Source: an uncultured Alphaproteobacteria bacterium | GTDB taxonomy: Bacteria > Pseudomonadota > Alphaproteobacteria > Rhizobiales > Devosiaceae | DNA length: 64,000 bases | Direction of reading: 5' to 3' | Assembly: GCA_963699295.1 (NCBI GenBank) | Contig: OY969432.1 | Coordinates: 3,531,001 to 3,595,000 of the forward strand | Shown here: positions 18,415 through 26,666 of the stretch, piece by piece | How the letters are laid out: every line of letters begins with the position of its first letter | Position numbering within the stretch: position 1 is the stretch's first letter | Notes under the pieces: generated by a model | What the model saw: the letters and a program-made list of their open reading frames with translations, nothing else | Database searches by the model: none | What the model was told of the DNA's origin: nothing | Made by a program: the position numbers and the translations under genes

Positions 18415-18930
18415 ATGTACGAGTTTTCCTATTGGCTCAGCACCACGCCTGTAAGCCTTTCTCTGGCGCTGTCGGGATGGTTCATCCCGACCGCGCAGAT
18501 CATCCATATCCTGTCCATTGCGGCGTTGATCGGCTCGGTGCTGATAATCAACCTCAGGGTCCTGCGGGTGGGCAAGACCCATCCCGGTTTTGGCAATATC
18601 GTTGAGGGCTATGGGAACTGGTTCTGGGCGCCGCTCGGCGTGTTGCTCGCCAGCGGATTCATGCTGATCCTGGCCGAGCCCGAGCGTCAGCTCCTTGCCC
18701 TGTCTTTCTGGATAAAGATGGCACTGCTGATTGTCGCCTCGGCAATCTTTGCGCGGTTCCTGATGCGTCTCAAGCATGCCGAATTTGCCGATGGTGACTT
18801 CGTGTCGCCCAAGTACAAGGCCGCATCGGTGGCCAACCTCGTGCTGTGGGTCTGCATCATCTTCCTGGGGCGCTTCATCGCCTATGACGTACAGATCTGG
18901 GACAGCCTGTCCCCGATGGCCTATCTCTAG
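18415..18930 (+). CDS. integral membrane protein, DUF6644-like (paralog 1)
   Basis: About 4 TM segments. Shares ...H.L..A...G..L...LR..G... and the C-terminal W..II..GR.I.. pattern with the next gene. ATG 18415 follows GAGGGA. Confidence 0.6.
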   Translation: MYEFSYWLSTTPVSLSLALSGWFIPTAQIIHILSIAALIGSVLIINLRVLRVGKTHPGFGNIVEGYGNWFWAPLGVLLASGFMLILAEPERQLLALSFWIKMALLIVASAIFARFLMRLKHAEFADGDFVSPKYKAASVANLVLWVCIIFLGRFIAYDVQIWDSLSPMAYL

Positions 18931-18944
18931 AGAGGGTTTTTGCG

Positions 18945-19451
18945 ATGGATTTTCTTGTTTCTCTCGAGAGCAGCGCCTTTGCCGAGTGGCTGCAATTTTC
19001 TGCCTTTGCCTATCCAATGATTGAGTCGACCCATGTCTTGGGCGTGGCGCTGCTGTTCGGCACATTGCTGATCGTCGACCTGCGGCTTGTCGGCATCCGG
19101 TTGATGTCGCAGTCCATCAGTTCAATCACGCATGCGACGCTGAAATGGACCTGGCTCGGCTTTGCGCTGGCCCTCGTGACCGGGCTGATGATGTTCAGCG
19201 AGCGGGCGACGCACTACATCACCAATTTCGAGTTCCTCTCCAAGATGGGGCTGCTGGGGCTGGCGGGCGCCAACATGCTGGTCTTTGAATTCTTGACCCG
19301 CCGCAGTCTTGCGGCCTGGGATACCGGGCAGCCCATCCCGGGAAAGGTCAAGTTGGCAGGGTACCTGTCGCTGGCATTCTGGATCGGCGTGATCATCTTC
19401 GGTCGCCTCATTGGCTTTGCCGAGGCCCATGATCCGCTGGCCAGTTTGTGA
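18945..19451 (+). CDS. integral membrane protein, DUF6644-like (paralog 2)
   Basis: FAYPMIESTHVLGVALLFGTLLIVDLRLVG...WIGVIIFGRLIGF matches my recollection of DUF6644 proteins (unverified). Confidence 0.65.
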   Translation: MDFLVSLESSAFAEWLQFSAFAYPMIESTHVLGVALLFGTLLIVDLRLVGIRLMSQSISSITHATLKWTWLGFALALVTGLMMFSERATHYITNFEFLSKMGLLGLAGANMLVFEFLTRRSLAAWDTGQPIPGKVKLAGYLSLAFWIGVIIFGRLIGFAEAHDPLASL

Positions 19452-19475
19452 GCGCATTTGGCATGGCTGCAAAGG

Positions 19476-19506
19476 AATGGCGGGATTTCCCCGCCATTGC
19501 CGTTTC
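19476..19506 (+). terminator. hairpin/terminator after the membrane-protein pair
   Basis: Stem AATGGCGGG/CCCGCCATT with a 5-nt loop, followed by the weak T tract GCCGTTTC. Confidence 0.5.
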
Positions 19507-19827
19507 GGGGTTAGGCGGCATGGCAAGAGCGCCTTGCCCGTGCGCCGTGGCGCGTCACTCAGGGGGGTTTCAAGTGAGCTCGATCCTGGAGCCGGCCCGA
19601 TGAGACCGTGAGGGCTTCGCTCCCAACGGCATCCGTTCGCTACCTCAGCGAGTGAGCACGATGGCCGTGTGCCCGATCTGGCGAGGGGGAAGGCAGGACT
19701 ATGCCGAAATACCTGAAAGATTGTGCAGGTTTTAAGCGGGGCCCTGGGTCATCGTCGCTGCATACCGATTTCTGGCGGTTTGCCTGATTGGGCACCACAG
19801 CAGTGCGAGAGAAAAACGGGCCTGGTC

Positions 19828-20856
19828 ATGCGCATCGATATTGCTGGATTTACCCGCGGCTCGCACACCCTGGATCATCGCAGCGTCATGGACTTTTGCT
19901 GCCGCATGGACGCCCTTGGCTATGACGGCATCTGGTTCAACGAGTTCCATTTCCAGCGGCCGCCCGATCCCTACCCGTCAACCTTGCTGCTGGCTTCGGC
20001 GATCTTGGCCCGCACCGAGCGCATGCGCGTGGGTACCTCCATTATCGTGCTGCCGCTCTATCATCCTCTGCTGCTGGCCGAGCAGGTGGCGCAGCTTCAT
20101 CAACAAAGTGGCGGTCGATTTGACCTGGGCATAGGAAGGGGCGCCCATCCGTCAACGCTTGACGCATTGGGCATCCCGATTGCGGAAACGCGCGATCGTT
20201 TCGATCAGGCCCTGAAATTGATGCTGTCCGCCTGGGCGCAACCGACGCTGGTGCCTGCAGGCGGCATTTGGCCGGCGTCCAGTGTGCCGGTGGGCCCGTT
20301 GCTGCCGCCGGAAGAAAGGATTCCCGTCTATATTGCCGGTTCGACGCCTGAGACGATCGGCGTAGCCGTTGAACGCAATTTCCCCCTGCTGTTGAGCCTT
20401 GAGCCCAACGAGGCCCGCCAGCTCCGGATTCATGCCGAGCTCACGGGGTGCAGTGCCGGACGATACCCGGCGAACTTTTCCATCTCGCGTTATGTGATGA
20501 TCAACAAGACCAGAGCGGCCGCGCTTGCCGACGTGGAGGCATTGCTGCCCAGGCTGTACGAGCGTCGAGTGCACTACGCGCGCGTCCAAAATCGCCCATT
20601 GGATACCATCAAACCCTACGATCGCGACGATTTCCTTCGCGAGCAGATGATCGCGGGCGATGCTCAGGATTGCGTTGCCCAGCTGGCTGCTCTGCGGTGC
20701 GCCACCGGGATCGACAGCATCCGCCTGATCTTCAACTGTAACGGCGAAATTCCCCACGAGCAGGCCGATTTTATGGCCACACTCTTTGGGCGCGAAGCGC
20801 TGCCGGCGCTTCACGCTTTGCCAGCCCTCTCACCCGAAACGGAGACTTCCAAGTGA
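19828..20856 (+). CDS. LLM-class (luciferase-like) flavin-dependent oxidoreductase
   Basis: MRIDIAGF...LGYDGIWFNEFHF...RMRVGTSIIVLPLYHPLLLAEQVA is the typical luciferase-like monooxygenase N-terminus. Start moved to ATG 19828. Confidence 0.8.
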   Translation: MRIDIAGFTRGSHTLDHRSVMDFCCRMDALGYDGIWFNEFHFQRPPDPYPSTLLLASAILARTERMRVGTSIIVLPLYHPLLLAEQVAQLHQQSGGRFDLGIGRGAHPSTLDALGIPIAETRDRFDQALKLMLSAWAQPTLVPAGGIWPASSVPVGPLLPPEERIPVYIAGSTPETIGVAVERNFPLLLSLEPNEARQLRIHAELTGCSAGRYPANFSISRYVMINKTRAAALADVEALLPRLYERRVHYARVQNRPLDTIKPYDRDDFLREQMIAGDAQDCVAQLAALRCATGIDSIRLIFNCNGEIPHEQADFMATLFGREALPALHALPALSPETETSK

Positions 20857-21851
20857 CAATTAGGCCTGCCACCACTGCTTTTGTCCTGACGGCGGTCTGG
20901 ACAAGTCTTTTGAGCGGCACTTCTTCATTCGCCGAAGAGAAATACTCGACCTATGTTGACGACAATTGCGGCGTTGTCACCCATTATGACGCCGCACCGG
21001 AGCGGGCAGTGACCCTTTCCAACAACGCCACCGAACTCATGCTGGCGTTGGGGCTCGAAGACCGGATGGTGGGCACCTCCTACATGGCCAACCTGAAGAT
21101 CAGTCCGCAATATGAGGCAGCCTATTCCCAAATCCCGATCATCTCGCCACTGATTGCCACCACCGAGGAACTGATCGAGGTCGAAGCTGACTTTGTCTAT
21201 TCTGGCTATCCAGATGGGTTCAGTGAATCGCGCCACACGCGCGACCAGCTTCGTGACCTGGGCATGAAAACGCGACTGAACGTGGAGGGCTGCAACCTTG
21301 GCGTTTTTGGCTTTGGCGAGCTATTTGCTGAGATCGAAGCGGTCGCCGGCATTTTCGGCGTTGCCGATAAAGGCCGCGAAGTTGTCTCCGCTCTCCAGGC
21401 CCGCCTGGATGTCGTCCAGCAGAAACTCGAAGGCCGCGACCCGATCCCGGTATTCATCTATAATGGCGGTGACACCACGCCCAACGCCGTGCTTGGTCAC
21501 ACCCTTATGTCGCAAGCCGTCGCGGCCGCCGGTGGGAACAATATCTTTGCCGATGTTGCCAACCGATATGGACAGGTGAGCTGGGAACAGATCGCCGAAC
21601 GCGAACCCGAGTATATCGTGGTCTTCTATTCTGGCACCGCAGGGGGCCAGATTGTGGCCGACCCGGACAAGGAGCTTGGGCAGGCCCGGGTCGACATCCT
21701 TAGGGCAACCCCGGCCATTGCCCAGGTTCCGGCCATCCTCAACAACCGCTTCATCCTCATCAACTCCGTGCAGGGCCAGCCTGGTCCAAGCACTCTTGAC
21801 GCCGTGGAGGCCTTTGCAAAGGCCTTTCATCCGGCAGCCTTCAAGGAGTAG
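20853..21851 (+). CDS. ABC substrate-binding protein, FecB/BtuF (Peripla_BP_2) type
   Basis: 332 aa with a signal peptide. GTGA overlap with the upstream gene. It precedes a FecCD permease and a FepC-like ATPase. Confidence 0.75.
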   Translation: MTIRPATTAFVLTAVWTSLLSGTSSFAEEKYSTYVDDNCGVVTHYDAAPERAVTLSNNATELMLALGLEDRMVGTSYMANLKISPQYEAAYSQIPIISPLIATTEELIEVEADFVYSGYPDGFSESRHTRDQLRDLGMKTRLNVEGCNLGVFGFGELFAEIEAVAGIFGVADKGREVVSALQARLDVVQQKLEGRDPIPVFIYNGGDTTPNAVLGHTLMSQAVAAAGGNNIFADVANRYGQVSWEQIAEREPEYIVVFYSGTAGGQIVADPDKELGQARVDILRATPAIAQVPAILNNRFILINSVQGQPGPSTLDAVEAFAKAFHPAAFKE

Positions 21852-21857
21852 CTTTGC

Positions 21858-23027
21858 ATGAATTACCTTCTGCCGGAGCGCCTGGCGCGACCCGACCACG
21901 GCAAGCTGTTGGCGGCGCTGCGTTCTACAGCTGGTGCTCCGGCCGAAGGGATCCGTCTGGTTTCAACACCATCGCAGCACCAGGGAGGGAAGCTGCCTTA
22001 TGGGGTGGCTCTGGTTTGTCTGCTCATCATTCTGGTCGTTCTGGCGATCCTGGGCGTGATGTTTGGGTCCGTCTCCGTCCCGGCGCCAACCGCAATTGGC
22101 ATCCTCGTCAACTGGGTAACAGGGCAGGAGCTCATACCCGTCACATGGCGGGCGGTCTATGAGACCATCATCATCGAGACGCGCCTGCCCAGGGTGATCC
22201 TTGCCGCTGCCGTCGGTGCGACCTTGGCCGCAACAGGAATGACCATCCAGGCTGTCGTTCGCAATCCGCTCGCTGGCCCCAGTATTCTGGGGGTATCCAA
22301 CGGCGCTGCAGCCGGAGCGGTCATCGTCATGCGCTGGAGTCTTGTCGGACTGGGCGCATTCACCCTCTATATTTCCGCCTTCGCCGGTGCACTGGTCACT
22401 CTTCTCATGGTTTTTTGGGTGGCGCGGACCGGTGGCAGCATCACGCCGACGAGACTGGTTCTGGCCGGCATTGCCATGAGCGCGGTGCTCAATGCACTCA
22501 CCAGTCTTTTGGTGCTCACCTCTCCAGACCCACAACTGGCTTCACGCGTGTTGTTCTGGACTTTGGGGGGATTTGCTTCCGCTCAATGGAAACTGCTGCC
22601 GCTGCCGATCGCTGCAATGGTAATCGGCCTCGGCCTGATGCTGTTGCAGGCGCGAAGGCTCAACCTGCTCATGGCCGGGGACGAAAGCGCCACGGCGCTC
22701 GGGCTGGATGTGCACGGATTTCGCCGGTCCATGTTCTTGCTGACGGCTGCACTGACCGGCGTCATGGTGGCTGTCTCGGGGGTCATCGGTTTCGTGGGAT
22801 TGATTGTCCCCCACATTGTCCGGTTCATTGTGGGGGCCGATCACCGGCGGGGCCTACCTGCGGTGGCGTTGGTGGGAGCCTGCTTTACCGTAGCCGCGGA
22901 TCTGATTGCCCGTGCTGTGATCTCTCCTCTCGAGCTGCCTGTTGGCATCATCACCGCGTTGGTGGGTGGACCATTTTTCATCTGGTTGCTGCGTCGCGAC
23001 GCCAAGGGCCGGGAGCAGGGCGCGTGA
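21858..23027 (+). CDS. FecCD-family ABC permease
   Basis: Multi-TM protein with the FecCD-type pattern ...RLPRVILAAAVGATLAATG...NPLA.PSILGVS. The exact start is uncertain. Confidence 0.85.
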   Translation: MNYLLPERLARPDHGKLLAALRSTAGAPAEGIRLVSTPSQHQGGKLPYGVALVCLLIILVVLAILGVMFGSVSVPAPTAIGILVNWVTGQELIPVTWRAVYETIIIETRLPRVILAAAVGATLAATGMTIQAVVRNPLAGPSILGVSNGAAAGAVIVMRWSLVGLGAFTLYISAFAGALVTLLMVFWVARTGGSITPTRLVLAGIAMSAVLNALTSLLVLTSPDPQLASRVLFWTLGGFASAQWKLLPLPIAAMVIGLGLMLLQARRLNLLMAGDESATALGLDVHGFRRSMFLLTAALTGVMVAVSGVIGFVGLIVPHIVRFIVGADHRRGLPAVALVGACFTVAADLIARAVISPLELPVGIITALVGGPFFIWLLRRDAKGREQGA

Positions 23028-23800
23028 CACAGATTCAAGCTGGGACATTGATGCTCGACAATGTCAGCTATGCCGTCAACGGCAAGTCCCTGGTGCGGGA
23101 CATTTCCCTCAAGGTGGCTCCCGGCGAGATGCTTGGACTCCTTGGCCCCAATGGGGCGGGCAAGTCGAGCCTTTTGCGCACCATCTATCGCACCAATCGT
23201 CCGAGTTCGGGGCGCGTCTTCGTCAACGATCAGGATATCTGGCAGCAGCCGACCAACTGGAGCGCCCGTCACGTAGGAGCAGTTCTGCAGGACATGCCGG
23301 CCGATTTCCCGCTCACCGTCAACGATGTGATTGCCATGGGGCGCTCTGTTCACAAGCGTCTGCTTGAACCCGACAACGACCATGATCGCTCGCTGATTGC
23401 AGCTGTATCGGCCCTTCTGCAACTGGAGCCCCTGGCAATGCGGCTATTTCGCTCGCTTTCCGGCGGAGAACGCCAAAGAGTGCTGGTGGCGCGCGCCCTT
23501 GTGCAACAGCCATCGGTACTGGTGCTCGATGAGCCCACCAATCACCTCGATATTCACCACCAGATCAACCTCCTGCGTTTCGTGCGAAACCTTGGCATCA
23601 CCGTCATCGCCGCACTGCATGACTTGAATCTCGCGGCCATGTTCTGCGACCGGCTCTGTCTGCTCAACAATGGCCGGATGGAGGCATGCGGCACGCCCGA
23701 AACCGTACTCTCGACGGAGAACCTTTCGGCGGTCTTTCGCATCGACGCCACAATTACCCGCAACCCCCGCACCAGTACCGTCTGGATCATGCCAGCTTAG
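23024..23800 (+). CDS. ABC ATP-binding protein (FepC/FecE/BtuD-like)
   Basis: Walker A GPNGAGKSSLL, signature LSGGERQRV, Walker B LVLDEPTNHLD. GTG 23024 overlaps the permease stop; ATG 23051 is an alternative start. The long upstream ORF extension (22415-) lies inside the permease gene. Confidence 0.9.
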   Translation: MTQIQAGTLMLDNVSYAVNGKSLVRDISLKVAPGEMLGLLGPNGAGKSSLLRTIYRTNRPSSGRVFVNDQDIWQQPTNWSARHVGAVLQDMPADFPLTVNDVIAMGRSVHKRLLEPDNDHDRSLIAAVSALLQLEPLAMRLFRSLSGGERQRVLVARALVQQPSVLVLDEPTNHLDIHHQINLLRFVRNLGITVIAALHDLNLAAMFCDRLCLLNNGRMEACGTPETVLSTENLSAVFRIDATITRNPRTSTVWIMPA

Positions 23801-23811
23801 GGAAGGCGCCT

Positions 23812-24585
23812 ATGCAATCCACTGTCTCTTCCAAGCTGGCCATCGTTCTGCTGTCCAAATCGGCCTTGGCTGCTGCCCCTATTGCCGAGATGAAACGTCT
23901 CGCTGCCTGTATGCAGGAACGCGGGCTCGCCCCCAGGGTCGTCTACGCATTCTCCGAGCAAGGGGAGCCGTCCTTGCTAGACACCCTGCTGACCCTGCGC
24001 AGGCCGGCCATCAACAAGGTGCTGATTATCCCCCTCATCCTGCCAAAGGAAACCAGTTTTCAGAATTGGCTGACGCGCTCCCTTTGTCGTTGGCAAAGCG
24101 ACCAGCCGGAAGCATGGCCCGAACTGCACATCGGCGCGAGCTTGGGCGAGAGTCCCATGCTGCCAGAGATGCTCGAAAACCTTGTGGTACGCGGTGGAAC
24201 CCAACCGGTCCTGCCAACTGAAAGCGTCAAGCCCGCAGGATCGATTATTCCAGCCCAGAAGCGGCGTGTTCTGGTTTGCCAGGGCGGTGCATGCAATGCC
24301 GCTGGCGCCAATGCCGTCTGGAGCCACCTCAGAAACCAGCAGCAGCATCGAAATCTCAGAAATACCGGCGAAGGCGTCGTGAGCGCCATGTCGACCTGTT
24401 TGGGGCCTTGCAGTCTAGCGCCAGTATTGCAGGTGTTTCCCGAAGGCACTTATTATGGTGGTGTGGATGAGGCTACTATCGACCAGATCGTAGCCGAGCA
24501 CTTGCTGGAAGGTAAGGTCGTGGAAGCTTATGCCTATGCGCCCACCGGCAAAAAGCAGTTCTTGCGTCCAGCGACAGGTCCGTAA
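23812..24585 (+). CDS. CbiX-like (sirohydrochlorin chelatase fold) domain fused to thioredoxin-like [2Fe-2S] ferredoxin
   Basis: The N-terminal half (LAIVLLSKSA...RVVYAFSEQGEPSL...VLIIPLILP) looks CbiX-like. The C-terminal half (VLVCQGGACNAAGA...MSTCLGPCSLAPVLQVFPEGTYYGGV) is a thioredoxin-like ferredoxin. Confidence 0.65.
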   Translation: MQSTVSSKLAIVLLSKSALAAAPIAEMKRLAACMQERGLAPRVVYAFSEQGEPSLLDTLLTLRRPAINKVLIIPLILPKETSFQNWLTRSLCRWQSDQPEAWPELHIGASLGESPMLPEMLENLVVRGGTQPVLPTESVKPAGSIIPAQKRRVLVCQGGACNAAGANAVWSHLRNQQQHRNLRNTGEGVVSAMSTCLGPCSLAPVLQVFPEGTYYGGVDEATIDQIVAEHLLEGKVVEAYAYAPTGKKQFLRPATGP

Positions 24586-24681
24586 GATCTACTTGTTTTT
24601 CTCCGCCTACGGCAAGTCTGTGCACCTGCGACAGCCGCTGCAGCGTGAAGATCCTGAAATTGCTGCAGGTTGCGGGGCCGC

Positions 24682-25188
24682 TCAGAGCGGGATGGAGAGC
24701 AGGTCCGCAACGGCGTCGACTACGACGGGGACGATATCATCAGCGCCCAGCGGGAGGTCCGCAAGGCGCTGGAGGACTGAATCGAGCGCTGGAACGCTGT
24801 CGGCCTCGATCGGCGCCAGGTCGAGCTTGCCGATCATGGTCAGGAAGTCGAGTTTCCCGAGGCGCCCGAGGCCATTGATCGACTGCATTGAGCGGTAGAG
24901 TTCGCGAAACACGACTGTCGGTTCTTGGCCCTTCTGGGAGTTGATAGCCCGGACGCGGGCGTGGACTGTCAGGTTCGCAGCTTCGATTGCGCCCGTCTGA
25001 AAACCGGCTTCGCACAGGAGTATTCCGCGATCTGCTCCAAGATCGTTCACGATCTCCCGCAGCCTCAGCACGTGGAGCTTGGTGACGGGCGACTTCCAGT
25101 GCTTGCATGCCAGCAACCAGAGCACTTCGTACCCGACATGCTTCGATCTCACCACGACATCCACGTCGTGTGTGGTGGGAGCCTTCCG
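24682..25188 (-). pseudogene. Mrr-like (restriction endonuclease fold) protein, N-terminally truncated
   Basis: The frame opens immediately after a TAG at 25189-25191 with ...PTTHDVDVVVRSK..LLACKHW..., the D...(Q/E/A)xK core of Mrr_cat. The upstream part of the domain is missing. Confidence 0.6.
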
Positions 25189-25192
25189 CTAA

Positions 25193-25700
25193 TTACAATG
25201 CGTCATCAACTTCAACTCCGAGATACCGAACCGTGTTCTCGATCTTACTGTGCCCGAGCAGGATCTGGACTGCCCTTAGGTTGCCCGTCGCTTTGTAGAT
25301 GAGGGAAGCTTTTGTCCGGCGAAGGGAGTGGGTGCCGTACTCCTCGGATCGCAGACCAATGGCGATTACCCCAACCAGCCGCGCATACTGGCGTGTACTG
25401 AGATGCCCTGTCGGATTAGTCCGGCTCGGAAACGCGAAGTCTTCGACGCTACCACCTCGGCGCTCGAGCCAAGCCATTGGACTGACAGGGCGACCGGTTT
25501 TCTGTTGGACCATTGACCTGGTACGAATGGTTGGGCCCGCACGAGAGTGCCGATCTTGATTTCCACCAGATCGCAGCCGCGGAGTTTGCTATCGATTGCC
25601 AGGTCGAACAGGGCCCGATCCCTCATTCGTCTGCACTCCATCTATGTCGTTCGATCCACGGTCGGGAATTCCCACGACTGGACGCAGCAAAGCAGCCTGG
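25193..25700 (-). pseudogene. tyrosine recombinase/integrase pseudogene (frameshifted, both ends truncated)
   Basis: RDRALFDLAIDSKLRGCDLVEIKIG is in one frame. QQKTGRPV...STRQYARLV...YGTHSLRRTKASLIYKATGNLRAVQILLGHSKIENTVRYLG is in another. It ends ...DDAL, short of the usual C-terminal tail, and the 5' limit is approximate. Confidence 0.8.
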
Positions 25701-26043
25701 TCTCAGCGATATTGTCTTCAAAATCGGTCTCCGCACTGGGCGCCTACCATCTTCGCTCATCCTGCTTTCGAAAAACAGAGTTGCTTTGTGTTCAATAGAT
25801 CGACCCGGAATGTCGAGTTCAGATGGCCCTGGAAGAGTATTGTTGATGGCCACCCACTCAAACGCAAGTCGCTGCGCCTATTACCATGCCGCCAGTCTGG
25901 GCACGTATGAAGCTTCTGAATAAAGCGCCCGCGCAAAGTGCCCGTTTTGTAGTGGTTTCTTCTCATTTTCGTGCAGGACTGCCTCAAGCCTCCCACGCAA
26001 GCTTCATGTGTTGCGGTCCAAGCATAGGTGAGGTGGTAATAAA

Positions 26044-26646
26044 TTGGCGACAAGACGATCAGTCATAAGGGGCGCAGTGGGAGCGGCGGCCTTAGGTGCA
26101 CTGTTTCCGCAGGCACTTGGTATCGAGATAACCAATAGGAAACCCTTGATTGGGAAATACTTTCACGACGCAAATCTAGATTTCGGCCGCCGCTTTGCGG
26201 ACGAACTCGCCCGCAACCGGGTGGATTCCTCGGGCGTGCTCGATAACTGGACTAATGTCTGGTCGCGTGAGATCGATCCGATCTGGCGCAAGCAGCCGAT
26301 GGCCATCGCCGGCGTCACCCAGCATGGCCCGATGTTCATGCTGACCCAGCTGGCGCAGCGCCATGGCATGCGCCTCGTCTATCAGGCCGAGATCATTCAG
26401 CGGGGTCGGGATTGCGGCATACGCGTCCAGGGGCTGAACAGCATGTCCGACAGCTGCGGATTGGTCGGTGCCGATGCGGCCCGCCTGCCCGAAGACCTGG
26501 CGGTGTCGTTCCTCTCCGTCTCTGGGGTGAACGTGCCGCGGTCCATGCGCTTTGCAGCAAGCTCGGGGCAGACAGCGGGATCTGAGGAGGACCCTGTCTA
26601 CGCCTGGATCATCGCGCCCGTTGCGGGCGCCGCCCAATATATCTGA
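26044..26646 (+). CDS. hypothetical exported protein with twin-arginine-like signal
   Basis: TTG start with N-terminus MATRRSVIRGAVGAAALGALF. I recognise no family. It sits directly upstream of the flavocytochrome genes. Confidence 0.5.
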   Translation: MATRRSVIRGAVGAAALGALFPQALGIEITNRKPLIGKYFHDANLDFGRRFADELARNRVDSSGVLDNWTNVWSREIDPIWRKQPMAIAGVTQHGPMFMLTQLAQRHGMRLVYQAEIIQRGRDCGIRVQGLNSMSDSCGLVGADAARLPEDLAVSFLSVSGVNVPRSMRFAASSGQTAGSEEDPVYAWIIAPVAGAAQYI

Positions 26647-26666
26647 TTTCCCAGGGAGGATACTAA

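Noticed and set aside
19590-19700. TPP-riboswitch-like fragments (TGAGA ... GATCTGG ... GGGGGAAGG) upstream of the LLM/ABC operon.
   Set aside because: The spacing is about twice that of THI-box RNAs. The P5 loop sequence is missing, and the downstream genes are not thiamine-related. This is probably chance similarity.
22415-23023. The 461-aa ORF 22415-23800, suggesting a much longer ATPase.
   Set aside because: The upstream 200 codons overlap the FecCD permease in another frame and have Arg/Gly-rich nonsense composition. The ABC ATPase domain starts at GTG 23024 or ATG 23051.
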